From positions 9,176,001 to 9,240,000 of the forward strand of contig OZ059896.1 of assembly GCA_964057225.1 (NCBI GenBank): a stretch of DNA of 64,000 nucleotides, read 5' to 3'. The notes beneath the pieces are model-generated. The model saw only the letters and a list, made by a program, of their open reading frames with translations. It was not told where the DNA came from and did no database searches. Shown here piece by piece: positions 1 through 12,023 of the stretch. Both the position numbers and the translations under genes were made by a program. The stretch comes from Auanema rhodensis. Lineage: Eukaryota; Animalia; Nematoda. The number at the start of each line of letters is the position of its first letter. The first letter of the stretch is position 1.

Positions 1-282
1 TACCTTTCGCTATAATTATCTATTTTTGTGTAGTAAGAAGATATCGTACATACATATCAACAAAAGAAAAAACATTAAAAGGTTTGATATGATATAGGAT
101 TACTGTAAATAGTCATGTTTAAGCTCCATCCTCGGATGTTTCTCAATCTCCATCGCTTCAACCAACGCCTACTTTTCTACTTGCACCATCGACTGTAACT
201 CCAATGTAAGTGTTCTTTTGGGAAAATAGCCCAAAAACTAAATTATTATTGTTTCAGGGGTCCAATCGGATATTGGGATTAA
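1..282 (+). CDS. 3' end of a spliced gene (membrane protein, partial)
   Basis: Exons ~1-81, 124-205 and 258-282 join in frame as ...PFAIIIYFCVVRRYRTYISTKEKTLKAPSSDVSQSPSLQPTPTFLLAPSTVTPMGPIGYWD*: a hydrophobic segment, basic residues, then a Pro/Ser tail. Introns are GT..AAG and GTAAGT..TTTCAG. Confidence 0.6.
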
Positions 283-1001
283 AGAAATCACATACATGTT
301 TCTATGTCCTTTGAATAATATACATTTCTTATTTGTTATATTCTTTTTTTTTAATTTCAATTCAATCACCTCTTTCACCACATTTTGATAAACGAGGACG
401 TGAAGAAGCTCAAAGTCGAAGTTTTGATAAAATTGATAAGACCATAAATTCTCGAAATCAGATAATAATTCATCACTTGTATTGTCAGGAGCTGAAAATA
501 ATTTTGAATTACGATATTGATAATGAATTAAACAGCAAACATTTTATTTTTAATTAAAGAAAAGAAAGTTATTGATAAATACCCTGTAATAAGTAAAAAT
601 TTGAAGAAAAAAATCATTCCTATATTAGCTAAATATATAAAAAATATGTAATTAGTATAATTTAGAGAAGAAAAAGCTTAAACTCTTATCTTAAATGTGA
701 TAATAGTGTGAAAGGGGAAGTTGAAAATCATTGTTACTGACCAAAATACCAATAATCCTCATCAAATTTGAAACTTTAAACAAAAAAACTGAAGAAAATT
801 TAAAAAAAAAACTAAAAAAGAAATTCAATATTCTTGATTTTAAGGTCAATAATAATAATTTCTTTTCAATTACATATATCGGAATCGGTTTTGTTCACCT
901 ATACATAGACAATTGAAATTTGATATTAATCAAAATCAAATACAGCATGAAAAATCTCTCAAAGATTACTCAAAATTTGTTTTTTTTACAGTTTTTAATT
1001 C

Positions 1002-3722
1002 TCATTTAGTACTTAAAACTGCCATTTTAAGTTGCTGAATTTCTTGTTCCATATCAAGAATTGTATGTCTTAATTCTTCGTTTCTTTTGGACAATCCTTC
1101 TAATTCGCCATCAGATCGTCCACGAGCATCTCTTTGTCGCTTACGATAACGAGCAGCAGCTTCGTTATTCTACATATGAAATTATATTTGATATGAATAA
1201 CAATAGAATTTCGAAAAAACCTTTTGTCGTTTTCTTCTGAGAATATCTTCTGGATTTTCTTTTACTGGATGACATTCAGTAATAGATGATTGCATTAAAG
1301 CATTCACAACCATCTTTACAAGTCCTTCGATAAGATGGGTACTCTATAAGTAAATGTTTAATAAAAAAACAAATATTTATCTTTCTTTTTCAATTATTTT
1401 TCATACAAAATATATAATTAATTAATTAAATTTAAACTTATAAATATTTCAAAATTGTACTGGTTGTTTTCTTATTAATCCGCTATGGGTGCTACTTGTT
1501 TTATCATTTTATCATATACTGATTGCATATTTTTCAGCTTTTTCTCTGCTCAAAATGAAAAATTTGATCGTGTTTGCTCTCTCCTTATTACGTGATCTAT
1601 ACTAATTTTCATGTTTTCTTTATCGCACACATGAGCTATAATCGTAGTTGAAGCTGATCAACTACTGGAAAAATCACAAAGATCATTGTACAAACGATTT
1701 AAGTGCATGTCTATCTGTTTAAAAGGCTCTCGTACCATTCAGAATGACAGCTTTTTTGATAATTTGTGGTGTTGTATGTGCGATTTTGCAACGACTCTCA
1801 CCTGTAAGTCTGCAGGGTTCAAAGACAGTTGTGTTCTAGGGAAGATGTTTTGACCGTGTGCTGCTGCAGCCGGCATGTTAAGGTGGTGTTGTGGTGGAGG
1901 AATAGCAGCATAATTGGCTACAGGGTCAGGAGACATGGATGTGTAGCCGACGTCATGAGGAGAGTATGGTGGTGGAGAGAATGGTGTGCCATACATGTCT
2001 GTAAGATTACATAATAAATTCAAGAAATATCTTTAAACTTTGGTATATGAACCTTGAATTGGTAATATTGATGATAGAAAATTGAAATTAGTGACGTACC
2101 ATAAGGAGATGGAGCTGAAGAAGCTGTCGTCATCATAACTGGGCTATGAACAGAGGTTAATGGAATAGAAGGAATTTGTTGAGAAGTTTGATCTATAGGC
2201 AAAGTAGGTTGTGGCTCATAGTGTTGATAACTTGGAGAAGTTAAGTTGGATATTGGAGACGATGTATGACTTTGATCAATTCTCAAAGGAGAAAGAGAGA
2301 CAGTTTCAGGTTCAACATAGGATGTAGCCTGAAATCATGCTGTTAACTATGTGAAAATAATATATATTATAACAAGTATATATGTATGAATATGAATATT
2401 TAAAGGAATCAATTAGGAAGTGAAACTTTGAATCAAAAATTTGTTTGTTTTTTTTTGAAAAATAAAAGAATATTTTCAAGTTCTTACCAAATTATTTCTT
2501 TCTAGATGTTCACATTCACAAACTATTTCTTGAAAGATATCATTAGGAGTACGAACATGTTGTTGATGAGATTGATTATTCAAACGAGAAGTAGCTGAAT
2601 ATAGTAAATATACTATTAATATTTAAAAGAAAAAAAATGAATATTAAATAAATGAAATAGAAATAAATAATTTTTGAAAAAAAAATTAAATTAGAAGCTT
2701 TTGAAGGTGATGATGTATTCATAAATAATATTTGAAAAACATATAAAATCTTATAAAACAAAAAGATAATTCAGTAGAAAGAAATAGAAAAAATGAAAAA
2801 ACTAACAACTTACATTGAACTGAATTAGACTCCAATGTTTTATGTTTTTTCTTGAATCCCATAATCGTGGAGAAGAGTCCACGCTTCATGAAGTCATCCG
2901 CGTCGAATGGCGACGTCATTTCAGACCACCTGCAAAAATTGAAAAACAATAAAATAAATATATAATTATAATAATAATAATTAAATTAAATTATTCATCT
3001 ATTCAGTGAATAGAATATAAAATTATAAATAATTATCTTTATTTTAAAAATATTTCTAGAAAAGGAATAGAAATGATATTTTCTTACAGTCTATTGATCA
3101 TAATTAAATATGAATTAAAAATTGATAAAAAAATTGAATAAACGTCTATAACTGGAATAATTCAGCTTCAAAAACTTAATTTATACGAATTATTGAATAA
3201 AATTTGGATTAAAGTGCAAAATTTAATAAAAATTTTGATATTATAAACAATTATTAGACATGTTTCATGTAATAGTTAAGTAGAAAGAAGTATTATAGTT
3301 AAGGAGCTATTTGACGCTTTAGGACACTGCTGATAGTATCAGGTACATGAAAGAATAATCAATCAATGATAAGCTTAAATGAATGAAAATTGAAATAATG
3401 GCATTTGTTGTTAAAGAAGAAGAAGAAGAAGAAGAAGAAGAACATGAAGAAGAAGTCAAAGTAAAAAAAAGGAAAAGAAAAGATTATCAAATGATTTCAT
3501 TTCTATGAAATATATAAAATAATTTATGAATGATATGATGTTAATAGAATGTATGTAAGTGAAAGACAAGAATTATTATTTATGACTTTATAAGCAAAAG
3601 TTTGTTAGTAATGATTGATATGATATGGCTTAATGAACTATTTAAGATAGAAGAAGAAGAAAAAGGTTATTATCAAATTAAAAAGATTTACAAGTAAGGA
3701 TAGCTTACCCTGGATTCCTCAT
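1002..3722 (-). CDS. zip-3: bZIP transcription factor, ZIP-3/ATF5-like (proximal isoform starting MRNPGWSEMTSPF)
   Basis: Exons 3722-3709, 2929-2814, 2593-2488, ~2328-2098, ~2000-1802, ~1343-1221 and ~1169-1002. Basic region and zipper ILRRKRQKNNEAAARYRKRQRDAR..LEGLSKRNEELRHTILDMEQEIQQL; DIFQEIVCECEHLE motif; PPPY (PY) motif as described for ZIP-3. Symbol assigned from recalled motifs. Confidence 0.75.
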
Positions 3723-6141
3723 TCTTATTCCATTCAAATATTTTTATTAGGAAGAACTATGTGTGCCAGTAAACAGAAGCAATTGAATAAGCTTTATGAG
3801 ATATTATACATGATGGGTGTCATCGTTGTTATCAGCTTATCTGTTGCCAATGTGATGATAGTATGCGGAATTATAAAAAAAAAGAGTTAAGAACCACATT
3901 GAATAGTTAGCTGAAGATGAACCTAAATGATGTTTTTGGAAGCAATCAAAGTCATACTTTTCCAACTTTTATGACTTTTTTATCTTTTTTTCCTTTGATT
4001 TTCAAAGTTTTATCTCCAATTATATATATATAGGTGTACTATATATCTTTTAAAAAAGTGTATCTATTATAACTCCAGAAGCAGATCGAATGTTTCATAA
4101 TTCAGATTCAAATAGAAACCTTATAGAGAAATTCAAACAAATCATTTTAAAATTTTAAAACATTTTCCTTCCTTCACTATAGTTTAATCATAGCTTAAAG
4201 TTCTATTTTTAATATTCAATATGATATATTATACAATTTTGTGATAATTTCATAGTTTGCTACTTAAAAGCACAATGTATTGTCTTTTTTGATAAATGTA
4301 CAAACATTCTATCAATAAAATTTATTTTTTTATAATAAAAAAATTTAAAAAAAAAAGAAAATTTAATTATTTCTATTTAAAAAATTAAATTTCTAAATAT
4401 ATAAATGAAAAGAGAAAAAACTTTATATGTTATGTCGTCCAATTGAAATGTGGCTCTTCAATTTTTTTGTCTGTTTTCTGGAATAAAAAAAAATAATTTT
4501 ATATGTATATTGAAATAATTTATTTTAAAATATATTTTATAAATTAAAATGAATGTATTTAAACAAATATGTATTTACATAAATACTTTCTACAGTATTA
4601 CAAAAATATTTAAATAGTTCTTAACTATATGGGCATAGTTAAATAACAATACATGCTCGATGAATTCAAACTACAATGTCTTTGAGGTTTGCTTATCAAT
4701 AAATCTTTAGTCATACTTAGAATAGATAATTTTCTTCTTTTTCCTTTTTTTTTTAAATTATATATTATATTAAAATAGTGTTTTATTCTATTTATGATTA
4801 TATTTATGATTTCAAAAAGTTCTATGTGTTATCAATTCTTTTCAATCGTCCAAAATCTTTTTAACAGGAAAAGTTATGATGAAATTTAATATGAATTACT
4901 CCTCAAAAGGTATAACTGTAGAAGACATCGCGAAATTATATTCGGAAAATTTTGGATATTTCAAGGTTTTGATAAGGTCAATGAAATACAGTTTGAGCCT
5001 TTTACAGTACCCAAGGAGATCGGTAGTGGAGGTATACTGTAAACGTTTTCAGTTGTGAAATAACTAATGCTCTTAGAAGAAAAATTTAATCAGAAATTAA
5101 GCTGTCTTCAATTACGATACTTCAGGCATAACTCCGACTATTTCGAGACATTTTAGATTGAACACAACATTCGTTATTGGAATCTTATTCAAACAGATAC
5201 AGTCATTAGGGAATCTTCTGAAACCTTTGCAAAGGAATATAATAAGTAGAAGAAACAGAAGATAAAACACCTCAACAACAGAAAATTTCCTTATTCTGTC
5301 TTATTGTATATTCCAGAATGTTTGACAAGACGATCTTAACTTCTAAAGAGTGAAGAAACAGTCTTATACGTTCTCTGATAAACAGAGTTTCTTAAACATT
5401 TCTACCAACTTACAGCCAATGTTCGACATGTTATAACTTTCAATAATAAAAATTATATTTTAATACATTTTTCTTCTTTTTCTTTTAAAATGAATAAAAA
5501 AATATTTAAAAAAGAAATTAAAAAATATTAAAAAATAATTATAAAATATAAAAAAGAAATAATAAAATATAAAACATTTATTTTTAATTAATTTAAACTT
5601 GAATTCTATTTATATAAAATATTTCTTTGTAAAATAAAAATGAATTTTTAAAAGGTGATGATAGAAATGCTTATTCATCATATACATGATTTCGATACAT
5701 TACTCCCCCCCCCTCATTATTTCCGTTCAAATGACTAAACGAATATTTTTGATGAGTTTATGAACCCATTAAGAAAACATTTAAAGTTTTTTTATTTTTA
5801 AAGTTACGAGGGAATTTTAACGTTTCAACGACAGTTCAGGTGCTAAATGCACACCATTTGAGATAACGTCGGCGATTTTGAATGAGGGTACTTTCATATA
5901 TAACAATCTTATCTATGTTAACTAAATATAAAAATCTTTTTAGTACATTAATCTATTGGATAAAGCTTTGTTATAAAAAGTTATTAAAATAAATGATCTT
6001 ACTTTATGATTTATCATATACAAACTACATATCATTTTGAATCAGATTTAACACTTGTTAAGAAAATATTGAAGTATTATAGTGAATCATTCTAGAATCA
6101 AACAGGAAGATCATCATTATTGACACTTCAGACGATTTTAC

Positions 6142-6400
6142 TGATTTCCCATCCTCCTATTCCACGTACTCTTCAACATGAATACCCTTGCTGTTTGTCA
6201 TCGATGTATAAGCAACTATAATCTGTGGAGGTGACGAGGTTAACCAAAAAACGTCGTTAAAATCTGAAAATGGCGTTTGGTATTCCATTCTCTTCATATA
6301 TGTATGTACATATTTCCATCGTCAACCACACAGACACACACACACACAGACACACACATATTGACTATCTTCTCAATCTGTCGAATAAACCTGGCATTAA
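6142..6400 (-). other. Distal alternative leader/first coding exons of the bZIP gene, carrying a spliced 37-aa uORF
   Basis: A TTCTAG acceptor precedes exon 6400-6391 (TTAATGCCAG). A GT..TTTTCAG intron (6390-6264) leads to exon 6263-6142, which ends ATG GGA AAT CA|GTAAAA. This is phase 2, matching the acceptor before 2929 (G TGG TCT GAA ATG). Confidence 0.55.
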
Positions 6401-7747
6401 CTAGAATATTGAATTTCTATTTCTATTTCTCTTCTAATCTTCTCTTCTTCTATTCAATTCATCATGTATTTATTTTAAAAAAAAATCTTTTTTTCTTTTG
6501 AAAAAATAGATTTTAATCATTTTCAAGTGTTTAAAAACTTAAAAGTTCAATATTACATTTCAAACTTAATCTCATCAGTTTACATAACCTTTTTTTCTTA
6601 AAAACTCATTGTTGAAGTTATTTAAATAAAAATAAAAAGTTTTGTTAAAATAGTTCGAAATTCCAATTCATAATTCTAGTTTGATATTATAGCTTAAACA
6701 TCATTAAAATAGTTATATGTTATGTTTTATTATGACCAATTTCATTACCACTTAAATGATTCCATACTACAAATTTTTTTGCTCCGCCTTCGTAATCTAA
6801 TGATGTCGGGGTCAGTGGAGCTTATAAGTAACATTATCTGTTCAGTATATATCTATGTTACATATATCCTGAATACTAACTATATTAAACTTAAAACCTA
6901 ACTATATAATTAGTATATGCTTGTTTGAATTTAGCTGTTCATTTAAGGATTAATACTGTTCTCTCTGTTCTCTTGTTGTCTTAAATCTCTAAGCGCAGCT
7001 CTCTGCTCCACTTAGAACTTCTCTCTATCTTTCTCATGATATCTAACAGTTTATATTTTTCTTTCTATCTATCTCTTTTCTTCACACCGTCTCACGTTTT
7101 CGTTCATCATAGCTATTTCAATTCTGAATTTCATAGTTCAGAGGCTGTCACTTTGTTCAGTTATCCTTTCATTTCATCTTTATTTTCTAAAAACAAACGT
7201 AGAATGATATCACGATGTCACATTTCCAATTTTCAAAATACGTTTCAATCTTATTTTTATAATAGAAACATATTTTATAAAATTATTTATAATTCATATA
7301 ATTATTCATTTTTATTTTATTTCTTTTTTTCATTATTTAAATATTTAGAGATTATTTCAAATGATGAACTAATTGTTAATCAAACTTGTTCAATATTGAT
7401 ATAAATAATGATAACTAATCAAACATTTCTCATCATTTCACATAAACAGGAACTACTTTTTCAATTATTTCTAAAAATAATTTTTATAAAAAGACTTTCT
7501 ACAATTGATTTTATCTTTTGAACATTTCTGATTAAGTTTCATGTCAGAATTTTTCTTTATTCCTTCTGTAGAAAATTATATTTGTTTGATATTGTGCTAA
7601 AGTTTGTTTAACACACTCAAAAACAAATACTTCTCTTAACACACTCTTACAACACTATTGTTTCAATAAGATTTCTTGATAATTATAGAGAAAATCTTGT
7701 TTCATACGAATATATTTAAACTAAATAATAATTATTTTCAGTAAAGG

Positions 7748-10168
7748 ATGTATTTTGAATACATTCTATTGTGTTTATTGGGATTAGGTGCATACGCCTA
7801 CCATCTATATATTAAACGATGTGCTGTAAGTTTGTGTGTGTGGGAGTACGATTAACAACTTTTTTTAAAATTTAGCGTCAAGTTGAATTGGATAAAAAGA
7901 TTGCTAAACGGCGACAGGAACGAGAAGAAAGTATACGAATGGCTAATGACGTTGCATCGAAATTAGATGTTGAAACTAGAGAAAGAATAGGAAAATTAGA
8001 TTTTGAACAGCTTAGAGGTTCCAAAAACATATATATTTTTAAAAAAATGGTTTTGTTATAGATGAATTGCAAAAGGGAAGTATCACTGCTACTCAGGCAG
8101 TTCAAACATACTTCCACAAAGGAGTTATTGCTCATGAGAAAACTAACTGTGCAACACTTTTCATCAAGGTTTCTTTTTAAATAAAATAGAAATAAAGAAT
8201 AATATTCAATTCAAGGAAGCTGAGATTTGGGCTCAAGAATGGGATGAAAAGGCTAAAGATCCTAACTTCAAAAAACCAGCTTTCTTCGGAATACCAATAT
8301 CTATCAAGGAATGTATTCCGGTAAATTGAATTGATTTTTTTGTTTTATGATAAGAATAATTATAAATTTCAGCTTAAAGGATATGATGTTACAAGAGGTT
8401 TTGCTCAAGATTTGTTTAAACCAAGTGAAAATGATTCAATTTTGATTCGACATGTTAAAAAATTAGGTTTTTATCATAATTATTTTACAAAAGTAATCGA
8501 AACCATATTTTGAAGGATGTATACCATTTGTTGAAACTAATGTACCTCAATCACTGCTTACATATAACAGTTGTAATCCTATTTATGGTATGAATCATGA
8601 ATTAATAAGAATATATTAATAATATATCTTTAAAGGTATTACTAATCATGTATTGGATAAGGATAGAACAACAGGAGGATCTTCCGGAGGAGAATCTGCC
8701 ATCCTGTCCGCTGATGGCTCACTCTTAGGTATAGGTGGAGATGTTGGTGGCTCTGTCAGAATTCCGTGCCACTTCACTGGAACTGCTGGAATTAAAGTAT
8801 AAAATAGAAAATGGAATATATATATTTGTTATTTTACTTATTTAAGCCATCACATCTTCGTTTTGCACATCGTGGAGTAACTGGAGCTATTCCTGGTCGT
8901 CCTTTAATCAATGCAAATGATGGACCAATGTGTCGTGATGTGAAGACAAATGTTGAATTCTTACGACAAGTAAGCTACTCTATAGATAATATTTGAAAAA
9001 TGAATAATATAGATTTGGGGAGATAGTTTCCAATCTGATGAAGATCCATATTGTCCACCTGTAAGATTTGATGAAAAATTGTATAAAGAAGGACGCAAAT
9101 ACCGAATTGGATATTATGTTGATGATGGATGGTTTACTCCTGTTCCTTCTATTCAGGTAATCATAGAATTATTTGTCTTTTCTTTTAAAAATAAAATGAA
9201 TTACATCATAATTTCAAATTTAGAGAGGTGTAATGGAAGCTAAAGAAATTCTTGAAAAAGCCGGACACACTCTTGTACCATTCCATCCACCACGTATTCC
9301 ACACATGTTCAAAATGTACATTCGAGCATTATGTGTTGATGGAGGAACTTTTGTTTTGAAGAAATTATTGAATGTAAGTTTTAAAAAGATAAAATATTTA
9401 ATTAATTAAATTAAATTGTGTTTTAGGATATTATTGATCCTACTCTATATGCTCAAACTATTTTATATATTATTCCTATTTTCATTCAACGATTAGTTGC
9501 TATACCAATGAGATATATTTTCCCTCGTCTCTCTAATATTATGGAAGCTATGACTTTAAATAGTTTAGGTAAATATTATCAAAAACTTACATATAATTAG
9601 TATAATTCATTATATTTCAGAACTCCGTGAAGCTTATGCTGATATTGAAGGGTATCGTGATGAATTTGTAGGAGAAATGATGAAGAAAGAAGTTGATGCT
9701 CTTCTTTGTCCACCACAGGTAATTTCTTAAAACTTATTTTATATTTTATAATTTTCAATAATTCTTAGGTTATGGTTGCTCCTCAGCATAATATTCCATG
9801 TAAGCTCTTCTCAGCTGTAACTTACACATGCATCTTCAATCTTCTTGATTTTGGAGCAGGTATCACATTTCTTTATATAAGTTTTTAAATCTTATTTTAT
9901 CTCTCAGGTGTTGTTAATGTAACTAAAGTAAATCAACAAGATGAAGATAAATTGGAAGCTGAATACCCAGAAACAGATGCCTGGTATAAGTTAGCAAAGA
10001 AAGCTTGCAAAGTAAGTTTATTCATGATCTATTTCTTAATTTAATTGTTTCTAACCTCAGAATACTGTTGGTTTTCCTGTTAATGTTCAAGTTGCTGCTC
10101 CACCATACAGAGAAGAGATCGTTCTCAGAATACTCCGTGATATAGAAATATCAGTAACGGGAAAATAA
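7748..10168 (+). CDS. Fatty acid amide hydrolase (amidase signature family)
   Basis: N-terminal TM anchor (MYFEYILLCLLGLGAYAY); FFGIPISIKE, TNVPQSLL, GGSSGGES and GIGGDVGGSVRIPCHFTG amidase-signature motifs; ends ..GFPVNVQVAAPPYREEIVLRILRDIEISVTGK*. Many short introns. Confidence 0.92.
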
Positions 10169-10931
10169 AAGAAAAGAAAAAAAACAATAATAATATATTA
10201 AAATTATAAAATAATAAAAATAAAAATAATATTAAAAAATGATTAATATAATTAAAAGTAATAATGAAATATTATTACTTCTATTATCATGTATTAATGT
10301 TCAAAACAAAGTTATAATTTAAGATTATTTAATAAAATTATTAAATAACCATTAAATCAATTTTTATGTAATTAATATTATAAGTTGAAAAACTGTTCTT
10401 TGATACATGATGATATCATTATTAAATAAAAGTAAATATAAACCCTTTCTTCTGATTATTTGTGAACAACTTCATAATTAAGAATGAAGAATTAAGAATT
10501 AGGACGTTAAACCAAAATACAAAATCTAATATTTTTTATACTAAATCAGTGAAAATTAATGATAATCGAAAGTTTATTATTTGATTTTAACATCATAATC
10601 TAAGAAATTAAAGAACATTTTGATATCTTTATTGCAACAGAAAATATTAGGAGATTATATGGATGAAGCTGAAAGTTTAAAAAAACAATCAAGTTGCTGC
10701 CAATCTCATGAACTACAAGAAGGCGGAGCTAAACCAAAAGACCTTGAGTAGAGGTAAGATATGGTAAAGAAATGGCAATTTAGCTTACAAGTTTTTAATA
10801 GTTCTCATTTCAATTGTTCTCATAACTACATAATATTCCGAAGATTTCTAAAGATAAAGTATAAATTTTTAATGTTTTCCTATAATTTTCAACAATATAA
10901 CAAAGTGTACATTAACACGAATAAATATTTT

Positions 10932-11773
10932 TCATTTTAAAAAGAAAGGCAATGTAGTACGTAGCCTTTGTCTTTTTCCTCGTAATGATGGTTTATATCT
11001 CATAGAATCTCCAAAGATTGTAAAAACACGACCACTAAGAACAAATTGGAATGTCGTTCCCTGTTTAGGGATAACTGAAAACAAAAATATTATTATTGGG
11101 ACTTATAAGATTCTTATCAAACCTATATATTTATTTTTATCAGTAATTAACTGAAATGTATAACGAGTTTCTAAGCAAACTATCCCATTTAATCCGACCT
11201 AAAGAATTTTAGAATTAATAGTCAAAGAAAATATATAATCACCATTGAAGGATTATCAGCTTCTGCAACATATAACAGAGCACCATGGTAATCAGCCTAA
11301 TTCATAGAATAACATTGATAAAAACTACAATAAAACTACCTTTAACATACGATCATCCGGATCTTTTGTGATTGGCCCAACTAAATCATTATAGTATTCA
11401 CACCACATATGGTAAACAGGCACAAAATCTTCGTATCTGAATACTTTAAATATGAATAGGAACGAAGCCTGCTCCACCAACTTTAAAGCCTTTTTATCTT
11501 CTTGAGTTAGCTTATCACGGGTCTGATTGATTCTTTTTTGCTTTCTTGGTCCCCGTTTAGTTGTTTCATTATTATGGCAATCTAAGAAGAACCATCCTAA
11601 ATTATTCTTATCCTTGTCACTCATAATCTAAAAGGTTTTTTTTTCATTTTCTAAAGCATTTTATTTTTTTGCGATATTAATAATGATTTGAACAGTCAAT
11701 ATATAAAACAAAACTACCAAAGACTTTTATTAGTACTCACATCAATTTCATTATGGGTTCTTTTATATGACAT
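10932..11773 (-). CDS. POP4: RNase P/MRP subunit p29 (POP4/Rpp29)
   Basis: Spliced product contains KYEDFVPVYHMWCEYY, MLKADYHGALLYV, GLNGIVCLETRYTFQLIT, VIPKQGTTFQF and TIFGDSMRYKPSLR, which are diagnostic of Rpp29. Confidence 0.9.
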
Positions 11774-12023
11774 CTTCTTTAAGGTGCTATATTATAAACA
11801 AAAACATTAATACTACAAATAACATTAATAATAAAGACGACTAGCAGCTCTCACACTAATTTTAGCAATTGGTCTGCTTTTAACTGTACATGGAATAAAT
11901 ATTAAATTAATGGCGATCTTACAAATAAAACAATAAAATTTGAACCCAAATAGAGTTTCCCAGGAATAATATATCACTGATATTAAATTGCACGTTTTAC
12001 ATAACCAAAAAATAAACTATTTA

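Noticed and set aside
5121-5375. In-frame TGA in a CC*G context suggesting a selenoprotein
   Set aside because: No clean start, no recognisable selenoprotein family and no SECIS seen; rhabditid selenoproteomes are minimal.
6277-7404. Phe/Ile/Tyr-rich ORFs here and in many other intergenic regions
   Set aside because: Compositional artefacts of AT-rich DNA, with no splice or family support.
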